Shown in pieces: positions 22,167 through 32,544 of a DNA stretch of 64,000 nucleotides (position 1 is the first letter of the stretch; the number at the start of each line of letters is the position of its first letter). The notes below the pieces were generated by a model that saw only the letters and a program-made list of their open reading frames with translations, did not search any database and was not told the DNA's origin. The translations under genes and the position numbers were made by a program. Origin of the DNA: an uncultured Methanomicrobiaceae archaeon (GTDB lineage Archaea > Halobacteriota > Methanomicrobia > Methanomicrobiales > Methanoculleaceae). Location: assembly GCA_963826525.1 (NCBI GenBank), contig CAWGXH010000004.1:416001-480000 (forward strand), in the 5' to 3' direction.

Positions 22167-22631
22167 GTGATGCCGATGGATAAAACCCCAATAGAGCTCG
22201 AAACGCTGCTCGGATACACGTTCACCGACAGGACGCTGCTCGAACGTGCACTGACACGCCCGGCCTACGCCCGCGAGCAGGGGCTCAGCGAAGACCGGCA
22301 CCAGGAGGCGCTGGCCACGCTCGGCGATGCGGTGATCAGCGTGATCGTCATCCAGTCGATCATCGCAAGAGGACTTCATAAAAAAGGGGATATCACTACT
22401 GAGAAGATGAAGATCGTCAGCATGCTGCCGCTGAACGAGGTCGGCCGGACGATGCACCTCGAGGAGTATATCCGGTTCGGCAAGGGAGAGGTAAAACAGG
22501 AGATCTGGCGGTACAGCGATGCGCTCACGGAGACACTTGAGGCGATCGTCGGGGCGGTCTTCCAGGACTCGGGGATGGCGGTGGCGGCCGAACGGGTTCT
22601 CTACTCAGTGCAGTGCATCCGCCCCAGCTAA
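22167..22631 (+). CDS. Ribonuclease III domain protein without dsRBD
   Basis: LGYTF.D..LL.RALT, QEALATLGDAV, TETLEAIVGAVFQD. Confidence 0.8.
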   Translation: MMPMDKTPIELETLLGYTFTDRTLLERALTRPAYAREQGLSEDRHQEALATLGDAVISVIVIQSIIARGLHKKGDITTEKMKIVSMLPLNEVGRTMHLEEYIRFGKGEVKQEIWRYSDALTETLEAIVGAVFQDSGMAVAAERVLYSVQCIRPS

Positions 22632-23329
22632 GCCGTCTGCAGGGCGTCCCAGACCAGGTTCCGCTCGAGGATCACCCAGTAGCGCTTTAGTTCTTCCTCG
22701 GCACGCCGGTACCCGGGGTAGTGGCACCGGACGAGGTCCCAGGTACGCCCGGGAATGGTTGTGTTCCCGGAGGTGCGCGAGCTCGTGGACGACGATATAT
22801 TCCCGAAGCGTCTCCGGGAGGGCAATCACCTTCAGATTATAGTTCAGGTTCCCGCACGACGAACAGCTCCCCCATTTCGTCCGCTGCATCCGCACCGTCA
22901 CCCGCCCGGTCGCCCCCCCGGATAGATCGGGTACCGGGCGGCGTCCGCGGCGACCGCTCGTTTCAGCATCTCCGTAAGGTTTCTCTTCAGGCTCCCGGGA
23001 GATGAGCAGGTGACCGTTCCCTGCTCCTCGTCGATCCGGAACCGCGACCCTTCGGCGAGACGGTAGTATCTTCCGTTCAGGAGCAGGCAGTCCTCGTTTC
23101 CCCTCCCCGTCTCGGCCTGGCGATCGAGATCGCTTCGCCGCTCTCCGATCCACCCGGAATACCGCGCAAGAAAAGCCTCAACGTCGAACGAACGCGGGGC
23201 GACGACCCGGATCGTCCCGTCCGGCCTGATCTGAAGGCGGGCGGCCTTCACCGATTTTCGAACGACGGTCACTTCCACCGGCACCCCGGCCGGGTCAACC
23301 CACTTCACGTCTGCACTGCTCCTGATCAC
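22628..23329 (-). CDS. M48/YgjP (DUF45)-like zinc metallopeptidase, frameshifted near 22915 and 22742
   Basis: KWGSCS, YIVVHELAHL.E.NHS (HExxH), split over three frames. Confidence 0.75.
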
Positions 23330-23471
23330 CAGTGAGATGGGAAAAGAGAAAAACCGTCACCATACGGGTGCTCCCGGGATGCGCAGGCGTGAACTCACCC
23401 GTCCTTATTGCGTGGGTTTCCTGCTTCATTCCACAAGATCGAGAGCCTCCGGCGGTATTGCCAATAGATAG

Positions 23472-24157
23472 TTATCGGGGATTTACGCGATACCTCTGCA
23501 CGGCATACTGGTATAGCACGACCAGGATGATCAAGAGGAGCGTGCCGATCACATAACTCCCAATCACGTCGCTGGCCCAGTGGGCTCCGAGGTAAATCCT
23601 TGAAGGGGCGATGAGCATAATGAGAACGCCGCAGATCCCGACGATACACGAGCGCAGCCAGCCCGAGAGATGCAGCCAGCCGAGGTAGCCCACGAATCCG
23701 AAGAAGACGACGAAGAAGAGGACGTGTCCGCTTGGGAAGCTGGTACTTGTCGACGGCCAGGAAGAGATCGACAGGGTTCAGGGAGTATAGGGGAGGACGG
23801 GGGCGGCCGACCAGCACCTTGAGAACCGCGTCGATGACCACGCTGCTCAGGGTCGCCAGTACGAAGACCGCCTCGATCCACATGCGCCGGACGAGGAACA
23901 CCAGGGTTACCGAGCCGATCAGGACTCCCCCATACAGAGGGGTCCCGAGAGCACTTACGCCCTGCATTGCCATGGCAAATACCGGACTATGGATCTCCTG
24001 CAGTTCGTGGGTCACCTGGAAGATCGAAGGGGAACGTCGCGAATACGTGTGCGGCGACGGACAGCCCTATCCCGCAGGCGAGCAGCAGAAAGATCACGGT
24101 CTTTACCCCCGGTCCATCGCGTGCTCTTCTCGATACCGGAGCGAAGAATGTTTCCAT
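23472..24157 (-). CDS. PAP2 family phosphatase, frameshifted near 24020 and 23742
   Basis: K.LVGRPRP, SFPSGH (after frame repair), SRIYLGAHWASDV. Confidence 0.8.
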
Positions 24158-24352
24158 CAGGTCGGAACACGTTCATCGGGGAGATAAGGCCGGGGACGTC
24201 CCGCTCCGCCCCGAACACCCCCGCAGGTATAATAATCTCCGGAAACCGTACCATGGTTATAGATCTCTGCAAACCCGGTCCGGGTTACCGGAAGAGCAGC
24301 CGACGAAGACGCCATCCAATGCATGGTCGGATGGGCACACCGGAGTGGCCGC

Positions 24353-24939
24353 ATGAAAGAGAAAGAACTGAAGATCGACGATATCGCCCAACTCACCGGA
24401 CTCTCGGTCGAGGGGGTCAGGCATCTGGTCAGGGAGTACGACGACCTCTTCTCGTACCGGACGCTGGGAAGAGTCAAACTCTTCTCGCAGAGAGCAGTCA
24501 AGACGGTTCAGAACCTGAAAGAACTAGCCGGAAAGGGGCTCGCTCCCGACGAGGTGCGGAACGAAGTCCGCGCCGGGAAGATTCCGCAGCCTCCCGCAGG
24601 CGGCGCGGAGGAGAGCGACGGAACCGATGCCCTCGGGCGTTCGAGCTCGCCCCCCGAGATCGTCATCGAGTTCCGGACGATGCAGGATGCACTCGCTCAC
24701 CAGCACCGGCAGATTGCACGGCTCACCGACGACCTCGCGCAGGAGCGGGCGGTCGAGAGAGGCCGATATCGCAGGACTGCTCCGAGTGATCGAGCAGGAT
24801 GGCCGACCGCCTCGACCGGCAGGAACAGAAACTCGGGGTTATCGCCGAGTGGGTGGAGTACTTCGAGGCCAGGGTCGATGCAACCGACGCTCTTCTAAAC
24901 AGGACGCTCCTCGACCGGATACGGGAAGCGCTCCAATAA
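24353..24939 (+). CDS. MerR-type HTH + coiled-coil protein, frameshifted near 24765
   Basis: LKIDDIAQLTGLSVEGVR helix-turn-helix followed by a heptad-rich C-terminus. Confidence 0.6.
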
Positions 24940-24970
24940 GATCCTCATCCGCCACCGGCGGATCAACCGT

Positions 24971-25141
24971 TCAAAACTCTTCCTGCTTGCAGTGCCCGGC
25001 GACCTGCGCATCCTGCCAGCCACACCCGGAGCAGACCCTGGTCTTCACAATCCGATATTCGTTCAGCCTCGCCTGCTCGAGTTTCTCGGAGACGCTGAGC
25101 GAACAGCCGCACTCAGGGCATTTCCCCGTAATCCTTCCCAT
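24971..25141 (-). CDS. Small Cys-rich peptide with two CxxCG motifs (56 aa)
   Basis: MGRITGKCPECGCSLSVSEKLEQARLNEYRIVKTRVCSGCGWQDAQVAGHCKQEEF; AT-rich TTATAA at ~25209-25214 upstream. Confidence 0.65.
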   Translation of the reverse strand: MGRITGKCPECGCSLSVSEKLEQARLNEYRIVKTRVCSGCGWQDAQVAGHCKQEEF

Positions 25142-25268
25142 GAATTTGCCAAAAAGCGTATGCAATCCCTCTGATAAGACCTGTTCTGCCGGAGAGTCTA
25201 TCCTCCGATTATAAGAAGATATCGAAAACGGCCTCAAAAGAGATTTAAGGGGCCAAAAACCGCGTTTT

Positions 25269-26572
25269 TCACTCCCTGTGCCCGGGATGCCAGTTTTCCA
25301 TATGCTGTGCATGCGTCGAAAGGTACGCCCCCGGGAGATAGAACCGATCGTAAAACGCGGTATCGATATGCTGCGCCTGGAGGTAGGTGAGGACAAAGAT
25401 GCTCGGGACGGTTCCCGGAAACTTCCCGAACCGGTCGTAGATATATTGCGCCTGCAGGCTTACGCACTCTAAAAACTCCTCGTCGAACCGTCGGGCACAC
25501 CCCCGGATGTGCGCGGTCATTTTGTAGGGTCCCGGGGTCTCCGGATGGAACGGGCCGCCAGGTCTGAATTTCCGCTGCACGAGGGCATCGACGGCAGATC
25601 GCATATCCCGGTAGTGAGGCGGGTATACCCCTCGAAGATGCCGGGCAAGCCCGTCGGGTTCGGGAGCGGCCAGCGTTCGTCGGTGTTGTACCGGAACCCG
25701 AGCCCCGGCACCGCCGGGTTGCCGCTGGCGCCGAGGATACTGTAAGGATCGATCCCGTCGTACATCCAGCCACCGAGCCCTGCCACCTGCAGCATGAGCA
25801 TCCCGGCGTAGCAGGAGGTCGAGAGTTCCGCGGTCAGTTCGGCAAGGGAAGTCTGCTCGAGGAACGTCAGGGGGAGTGGGTTATCCACGTCACAGGGGTG
25901 CCGGTACCGCTCCATGCCGTCTATCTCCTCTCCATTCCGGTCATCATAGATGCACTGGCCGTTCTGGAGGTAGTAGCAGAGGGCGGCGAGCGTATGCTGG
26001 GTGAGGTCGCCGACGGGGATGATCAGGGTGCTCCCCAAGTGGTTGGCAATCCACGTGTTATGCCCTTCCACGTACGGCACCTCCGGCGGGAGTTTGAGCC
26101 GTCCGTCGGCTATCATCGTAATCCGGGAGCGGTGTGCTGCAAGGAGGTCTTCGGGCTCGATTCGGTCGTCCCCGGAGCCCCCGGCGAGAGCGGGTGCATC
26201 GCGGGTTTCAAGGAAATATGCGCCGTCGTCGTCGGTGTAAAAGATCTCACTCGTATGAAACCCCCCTGCCGACGGGAACGTCCTGCCCCCGCCAGTACAG
26301 GCGTAGTTCGCGAGGTGCGGGGCGTACCGAGCATTGCGCATGATGAGGTTATGCCACTCGGTATTGCCTGCTGCCGCCGTCAGCACCAGCATCTGTTCGA
26401 GCGCCGAGAGCGGCACGGCCTCGTGCCCCGACGAGTAGCGGAAGTAGCCGTCGGGGATCGCCCCGCCCCGGGAGAAACGCCGTGCCCTCCGGCCGAAGAG
26501 CGCCTGCACCAGCAGGAACGAGAGTGCATCGTCAAAGCCGGGTGGATACATCTGATCGTCCATCTCTGTCAC
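25269..26572 (-). CDS. Hypothetical protein with nitroreductase/SagB-like motifs, frameshifted near 25600-25620
   Basis: ALFGRRARRF, GRTFPSAGG, MLMLQVAGLGGW resemble FMN-binding nitroreductase-fold motifs. C-terminus in ORF 25269..25604. Confidence 0.55.
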
Positions 26573-26777
26573 CTGCCTGTATAAGCCACCCGGCCCTCAT
26601 GCGCTCAAGGGCAATTGAGGTTTCGCCCCGGGCGGCGGAACGGTGAAGAAAGGACCGCGTCCGGCACCATCCCGGGAGCCCTCAATAGACATTCCATAGA
26701 TTATATATTACCAAATAAATTCAAACGGCAAGGAATAAGTACGAAGGATGCCTTCTCCACGGCCGGTGGTTCACCGT

Positions 26778-27032
26778 ATGCAGTTGCAAAAACTCGCCAT
26801 AGTAGTTGCCATCCTGATCCAGGGGCTGGCCATCGTCAGTCTCCTGGTTGGTGTGGTTGCAGGAGCGCACGGAGTATCCACCGGTGTGGATACTCCCTGG
26901 TCGACAATCAGGCATCCGGAAGAGTCACCCGATGTCACCGCTTCGTTCTACCCGATACTCAGCAACGATTCGGGTTTGTATCCGGACGAGACCGGGATAT
27001 ATGCCTCCCGGACTCTCCACGGGTATCTTTGA
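26778..27032 (+). CDS. Small hypothetical protein with N-terminal TM/signal
   Basis: Hydrophobic N-terminus LAIVVAILIQGLAIVSLLVGVVA; TTATATA at 26701. Confidence 0.45.
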   Translation: MQLQKLAIVVAILIQGLAIVSLLVGVVAGAHGVSTGVDTPWSTIRHPEESPDVTASFYPILSNDSGLYPDETGIYASRTLHGYL

Positions 27033-27147
27033 GACTCTCTTCAAACACCTCCTCTTTTCCGCACCGTCCGCCCATCCGGGGAGACCCCCCCCTGGCGAAA
27101 CACTAAATAGGTGTACGCCCGCTACAGCAGTTCGTGTGTGATGGTCA

Positions 27148-28185
27148 ATGGTAGATCGGAAAAGTCCGGATTACGACCCAAACAGAAGCAGCGTCCGTGC
27201 TCCCGGGAGATACTGGCTATACCTCGTTGCGGGGCTGATCATCGTCTGCACGGTCTCATCGCTGATAATTGCAGCCTCCTGCAGTCCGATTCTGCAGGAA
27301 CCTGATCCGGCCGCCAGGCTCGCAGAAAGCGGCTATGTGTTCGATCCCCGCATCGCCGGGATGCTCGCAGAGGTCAACGAATCGGAGCTCGCGACAACGA
27401 TCGCCGACCTGCAGTCCTTCGAGACCCGGGTGGTCGGGACGGGCGGCAACCGGGAAGCGGCGGCGTACCTCTACGACCGGCTGAACGACACACCGGGGCT
27501 CGAGGTATCCTACCAGGGCGGCGATCTCCGGAATATTATCGCAACTCTCCCGGGAACCGATCCGGCATCCGATGACGTGGTCGTCGTCGGCGCCCACTAC
27601 GACAGCACCTCGTCGGACCCGGAGGATGCACCGGGAGCGACCGATAACGGGGCAGGCGTCGCGATCGTCCTCGAACTGGCACGGATCATGAGCCAGTACC
27701 GGTTCAACGACACCGTCGTATTCGCACTCTGGAACGCCGAAGAGACCGACCGGAGCGGCAGCAGGAGCTACGCCGACCATGCGGCGGAGGAGAATGTTTC
27801 GATCCCGCTCTACCTGAACTTCGACTCCGCAGCCTACGACCCGGAAGGCCGCTTTATACTCGATATCATGCACGACGAATACGGTTCGCCTGTTGCAGAC
27901 CGTATGATCCGTCATAACGCCCTGTACGGGATCAACCTGACCCTGACGGAGAACGTCCATAACTGCACGTCGGATCACATACCCTTCCGCGACCAGGGAT
28001 ACGTGGCCGTGATGACGCATGCGGAGACCCACGGACCTGCCCACACCCCGGAGGATACCGCAGACAAGGTCTCGCTGCCGTACGCGAAGAGGAACGCGGA
28101 ACTCGGGATGTCGGTGCTGGCCGCGGTCGCCGGGGTGCAGGATAACGGAACGGAGGCATCCGGGGAGGAGGGAATCCGGGAATAA
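27148..28185 (+). CDS. M28 family aminopeptidase, membrane-anchored
   Basis: VVGAHYDS, PGATDNGAG, NAEE, NFD, SDH.PF, HTPEDT. Confidence 0.9.
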   Translation: MVDRKSPDYDPNRSSVRAPGRYWLYLVAGLIIVCTVSSLIIAASCSPILQEPDPAARLAESGYVFDPRIAGMLAEVNESELATTIADLQSFETRVVGTGGNREAAAYLYDRLNDTPGLEVSYQGGDLRNIIATLPGTDPASDDVVVVGAHYDSTSSDPEDAPGATDNGAGVAIVLELARIMSQYRFNDTVVFALWNAEETDRSGSRSYADHAAEENVSIPLYLNFDSAAYDPEGRFILDIMHDEYGSPVADRMIRHNALYGINLTLTENVHNCTSDHIPFRDQGYVAVMTHAETHGPAHTPEDTADKVSLPYAKRNAELGMSVLAAVAGVQDNGTEASGEEGIRE

Positions 28186-28222
28186 GCTCCGAACCGGAGC
28201 CAGTTCCGGGACGTGACTGCCG

Positions 28223-29308
28223 ATGACTTCCGGACGAGAGCCGTGCACCGGCGGTCACCTGCGGACGCTCCGCCGCATCCTTCTCCTTATCGCTATCGCA
28301 TCGGCGCTGGCCGCCTCTGCGGTGGGCGGTTCACCGGTGCAGCATCCTGCCGGCCTGCCCACGTACGATCCGGCCATTGCAGGACTGCTCGCAGAGGTCA
28401 ACGAGTCCGGGCTCGCGGCCACGGTCGACGACCTGCAGTCCTTCGAGACCCGGGTGGTCGGGACGGACGGCAACCGGGAGGCGGCGACGTACCTCTACGA
28501 CCGACTGAACGACATACCGGGGCTCGAGGTTTCGTACCAGGGGGGCGATCTCCGGAATATTATCGCAACCCTTCCGGGAACCGATCCGGCATCCGATGCC
28601 GTGGTCGTCGTCGGAGCCCACTACGACAGCATCTCGTCGGATCCCGATAACGCACCGGGCGCGACCGATAACGGAGCGGGCGTCGCGATCGTCCTCGAAC
28701 TGGCACGGATCATGAGCCGGCAGCGGTTCGGTCACACCGTCGAGTTCGCGTTCTGGAACGCCGAGGAGGTCGGCCGGGTCGGCAGCATATGGTATGCCGA
28801 CCGTGCAGCAGAGGAAAATGTTTCGATCCCGCTCTACCTGAACTACGACTCCGCAGCCTACGACCCGGAGAACCGCTCGCAGCTGAACATCCTGTACAAC
28901 ACAGAGGCAGAAGGCGTGGCGGATCTGGCGGTGCACGACCTCGCCCTCTACACCATCAGTCTCACACCGACCCGGGACCCGAACACCTACATGTCGGATC
29001 ACGTCTCGTTCTGGTCAGCGGGCTATCCGGCCCTTATGGCTCATGCACCGCGGCCGCGCTGGCCTGCCCATACCCCGGAGGACACCATCGAGAAGGTCTC
29101 CTTCCCGTATGCAGCGAGGAACGCACAGCTCGGTCTTGCGGTTCTGGCAGAGGTCGCCGGCCTGAACGGAACATCCGGCTACCAGGAGACCGAAAGTGCC
29201 CCTCTGTGGGGCACCATTGTCCCATCTTTCGGGAGAACGCCAACCGGCCATCCTGCAGCGGCGGCACCGTCAGGTATAATGGAACATATGGTATATCTGG
29301 CCGCATGA
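28223..29308 (+). CDS. M28 family aminopeptidase, tandem paralog
   Basis: Same motifs. DNA is near-identical to the upstream copy over ~28380-28720. Confidence 0.9.
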   Translation: MTSGREPCTGGHLRTLRRILLLIAIASALAASAVGGSPVQHPAGLPTYDPAIAGLLAEVNESGLAATVDDLQSFETRVVGTDGNREAATYLYDRLNDIPGLEVSYQGGDLRNIIATLPGTDPASDAVVVVGAHYDSISSDPDNAPGATDNGAGVAIVLELARIMSRQRFGHTVEFAFWNAEEVGRVGSIWYADRAAEENVSIPLYLNYDSAAYDPENRSQLNILYNTEAEGVADLAVHDLALYTISLTPTRDPNTYMSDHVSFWSAGYPALMAHAPRPRWPAHTPEDTIEKVSFPYAARNAQLGLAVLAEVAGLNGTSGYQETESAPLWGTIVPSFGRTPTGHPAAAAPSGIMEHMVYLAA

Positions 29309-30129
29309 CCGAAGGTACCATTCTTGTCACCGGCTCGACCGACGGGATCGGCAGGGCGACCGCACACGCCCTCGCAGAGCAGGGCTACCAGGTCCTCGTT
29401 CACGGCAGAAACGAGGCGAAAGGCCGCCGCGTCGTACGGGAGATACAGGACGCGACGGGCTCTGACCGGCTCGACCTTTTCATCGCCGATCTTGCCGACC
29501 AGCAGAAGGTCAGAAACCTTGCCGCCTCCGTCAGTGACCGGTACGACCGCCTCGACGTGCTCATCAACAACGCCGGGGTCTTTCAGCCCCGAAGGGAACT
29601 TGCACCCGGAGGGGTAGAGATGACCTTCGCCGTCAACTTCCTCGCAGAGTTCCTGCTCACCCACGAGCTGCTGCCGCTTCTCAATGAAAGCGCTCCTGCC
29701 CGGATCGTCAACGTCGCATCCATCGCTCACCGGAGCGTGCACAGAGTCCGCTGGGAGAACCTCCCGCAGGAGAGAGAGTATGACCCCTACACCGTCTACG
29801 CCGTCTCGAAACTCGGCGTGGTCGCTTTCACCATGCGGCTTGCCCCGATGCTGGCGGAGACGGGCGTCACCGTGAACTGCCTTCACCCGGGGGTGATCGA
29901 TACCAAACTGCTCAGGGCATATAGCGGAGGGGGCGTTGACGGTGCCCCACCCGAGGAGGGAGCACAGGTCGAGGTCTACGTCGCCACATCTCCCGATACC
30001 GCCGGCGTGAACGGAAAGTACTTCGAGAAGAAGGAGCCGATGGGGCCGTCGTCGCTTGCTCTCGATCCCGGACTGCAGGAGCGGTTCTGGGAGATCGGCA
30101 CGAATCTGACCGGGATCGAGGGATGGTAG
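29305..30129 (+). CDS. SDR family oxidoreductase
   Basis: TGSTDGIG, LINNAGV, YAVSK, LHPGVIDT. Confidence 0.92.
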   Translation: MTEGTILVTGSTDGIGRATAHALAEQGYQVLVHGRNEAKGRRVVREIQDATGSDRLDLFIADLADQQKVRNLAASVSDRYDRLDVLINNAGVFQPRRELAPGGVEMTFAVNFLAEFLLTHELLPLLNESAPARIVNVASIAHRSVHRVRWENLPQEREYDPYTVYAVSKLGVVAFTMRLAPMLAETGVTVNCLHPGVIDTKLLRAYSGGGVDGAPPEEGAQVEVYVATSPDTAGVNGKYFEKKEPMGPSSLALDPGLQERFWEIGTNLTGIEGW

Positions 30130-30317
30130 CTCCGGCCGGGGGATCGTACCGACAGGGATAGTATTTATAAGGGGAATAGCCCAGAAAGCCCTCTCTGACG
30201 GGGGCAGCCGGAGGGTCGGAGGATACCGATCTCCGTAACGATCTCCGGAATACTCGTCGGAGAGAACTCTGGACAGAGCGCGGCACTGTGGCCGGGTAGA
30301 GTATGGAGGCAATTCAT

Positions 30318-30626
30318 ATGGCAAACGTACAGGAACAGATGAAAGAAGGGGAGACAGGACCCGTTTCGTTCTCCTGCTACCGGGTCAACCCGGGGGAGAA
30401 GGGGATTCCCGAAGAGGGTATGAACACCTACAGCGTCGTCGTGCTGCTGCCCGACGGCAAGTTCGTGCACCAGATCGTCTGGGCAAAGAACCCGGAGGAT
30501 GTCGCGGATTCGATCCGGGTGCCGGACGGGACGCGGGTGATCATGACGCAGATGGCCGAGCTCCTCGTCTGGGACAGCGGCCAGGTTGAGGCTGAGTGGG
30601 AGCAGGAGGCAGCGCCGACGCCCTGA
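30318..30626 (+). CDS. Hypothetical protein
   Basis: GGAGG RBS at 30305, plausible codon usage, T-rich tract after the stop. Confidence 0.6.
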   Translation: MANVQEQMKEGETGPVSFSCYRVNPGEKGIPEEGMNTYSVVVLLPDGKFVHQIVWAKNPEDVADSIRVPDGTRVIMTQMAELLVWDSGQVEAEWEQEAAPTP

Positions 30627-30710
30627 TCGAATCGGGGAGCAACCGGAAAGACCGATCCGCCCATCTTTTTTTCTCCCGGCGCCTACCCCGAAGGCAGGAC
30701 GGGTTCCAGC

Positions 30711-31172
30711 ATGACGGAGATCACCATCGAGAGGGTCAGCGACCGGAATTTTCACGAGTTCACCGCTCTTGTAGAAGCACTTGCAGAATACGAGCACCTT
30801 GCGCCGCCCGACGAGAGTGCCCGGGAACGGCTACGGGCCGATGCACTCAGCGAGCGTCCGCGATACGAGGCTTTTGTCGCAAGGGCGGGCGGCAGAGCAG
30901 TCGGGTACGTCACCATTTTCTTCACCTACTCGACCTTTCTCGCCCGGCCGACCCTGTACCTGGAGGATATCTTTGTCCTGGAAGAGTACCGCTCGCGGGG
31001 CATCGGGAGAGCACTCTTCGATCTCTGCCGGAGCCTCGCGAAGGAGCGCGGATGCGGGCGGATCGAGTGGATGGTGCTGACCTGGAATGAACCGGCGATC
31101 CGGTTTTATGAAAAGCGCGGCGGGGAACGGCTCGACTGGTATGTCTACCGGTTAACCGCCGAGAAGTTCTGA
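30711..31172 (+). CDS. GNAT N-acetyltransferase (SSAT-like)
   Basis: LAEYE, YSTF, LYLEDIFV...YR.RGIG, WNEPAIRFY. Confidence 0.9.
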   Translation: MTEITIERVSDRNFHEFTALVEALAEYEHLAPPDESARERLRADALSERPRYEAFVARAGGRAVGYVTIFFTYSTFLARPTLYLEDIFVLEEYRSRGIGRALFDLCRSLAKERGCGRIEWMVLTWNEPAIRFYEKRGGERLDWYVYRLTAEKF

Positions 31173-31208
31173 ACGGCACGCTCCCGGCGGTTACCGGCCG
31201 GGATGAAC

Positions 31209-32363
31209 CTACTGCATCACGATCTTACGCATCAGGGCCATGATCCCGGGCTTCGCATCCTTCCCGAGCGCTGCCTGAAAACCACCCATGCCCATCATGG
31301 GCCGGAGCATCTCGGCATTCAGCCGCTCGCCGATCTCGTCGAAGATCCGCTTATACGCGACGCAGTGCGGATCGACGCCCGCAATCTCTCCTCCCGTGGG
31401 AGCGATGGCATTGTAGGGGCATCCACCCCGGCAGTATTTGATGTGGGCGCAATCCTTGCACGCCCGATCAACGTACTCCTTGAACTGCTGCATCCGCTTC
31501 CAGGCATCGGACGCGGCAAGGTCATCGATGCCCGGACGGTCACGGACGTTGCCCATCACGTACTCCGGCATCCCGACAAAGCGGTAGCAGGGATAGATAC
31601 CTCCGTCTGGCCCGACGGCAAAGGTACTCCCCATGCAGTCGGCAAAGGTGCAGACGTTGCCCCTCCGGGTAAAGACGCACCGGCAGAGGTCGTTGATGTT
31701 CATGATCTCGATCTCGTCCATGTGTTCCAGAGCCTGATCGAGAAGGTAGACGAGCAGTTCTCCGTACTTCTCCGGCGGGAGAGCCCATTTTTCAGGGTTG
31801 GTGTCGCGGAGCGACGGCAGCGCGGGATGGAGTTTCAGGGTTAACCCATTCTCAAGGAAGAAGTTGAAGATGTCGCCCTTGAACGCCACGGAGTAGGAGG
31901 TGAAGGTACAGATGAACCGCACCGAAAGGCCGTGCGCCTTCGCAATCTCATAGCCCCGCATGGTCTTCTCATAGTACCCGCTCCCCCGCTGCAGGTCGTT
32001 GAGGTCCTGGGGCCCGTCGATGCTGGAACCGATGGGAATATGGTATTCAGCCAGAATGTCGGCAAGCTCCGGGGTCATCCTCCAGAGATTGGTCTGCATG
32101 GCAAAGTCCGGCGTCAGGTGCCCGAGCCCTTCGGCGAGTAACGGCAACGCCTGTCGGTAGAACTCCGGGCCGGCGAGGAGGGGCTCGCCGCCGTGGAAGG
32201 TGAAGGTTACCCTGTCGTCCCGGAAGTCCGTGAGCCATGCGACGACATCTTTGATGGTATCGATGCTCATGACGGGAGAGCCTTCTTCGGAGCTCCAGCA
32301 GTAACTGCACCTCGAGGGGCAGCCCAATGTCGGAACGAGCATTACGTGAAAGGCGTTCTTCAT
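31209..32363 (-). CDS. Radical SAM/SPASM enzyme, TIGR04083-type (putative peptide-modifying)
   Basis: FHVMLVPTLGCPSRCSYCW (CxxxCxxC), FHGGEPLL, QTNLW, SPASM Cys set (YPCYRF; C..C.....CRGGCPYN; DPHC). Confidence 0.85.
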   Translation of the reverse strand: MKNAFHVMLVPTLGCPSRCSYCWSSEEGSPVMSIDTIKDVVAWLTDFRDDRVTFTFHGGEPLLAGPEFYRQALPLLAEGLGHLTPDFAMQTNLWRMTPELADILAEYHIPIGSSIDGPQDLNDLQRGSGYYEKTMRGYEIAKAHGLSVRFICTFTSYSVAFKGDIFNFFLENGLTLKLHPALPSLRDTNPEKWALPPEKYGELLVYLLDQALEHMDEIEIMNINDLCRCVFTRRGNVCTFADCMGSTFAVGPDGGIYPCYRFVGMPEYVMGNVRDRPGIDDLAASDAWKRMQQFKEYVDRACKDCAHIKYCRGGCPYNAIAPTGGEIAGVDPHCVAYKRIFDEIGERLNAEMLRPMMGMGGFQAALGKDAKPGIMALMRKIVMQ

Positions 32364-32544
32364 AAACTACTGAGTTTTCCCTTCCGGAACCATTAATAGT
32401 TTTCTAATACGTCACAGCCGCCCCCGCGCGGCAGGGTAACCTCAGGGGCGGGAACTTTCGGCGCCCCCGCTGGAGAGAGAGGCCCGCCGTGACAAAGCCC
32501 GAAGCATCGGCGTTCCCGTGGGGGTTTGGAGATAAAAGAGGGGG

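Noticed and set aside
26701-26720. Third copy of the ATTAC-N5-GTAAT site
   Set aside because: Only the left half (TATTACC) matches, and it overlaps a TATA box.
32364-32544. Precursor peptide directly upstream of the rSAM/SPASM gene
   Set aside because: No convincing small ORF with an RBS in this interval.
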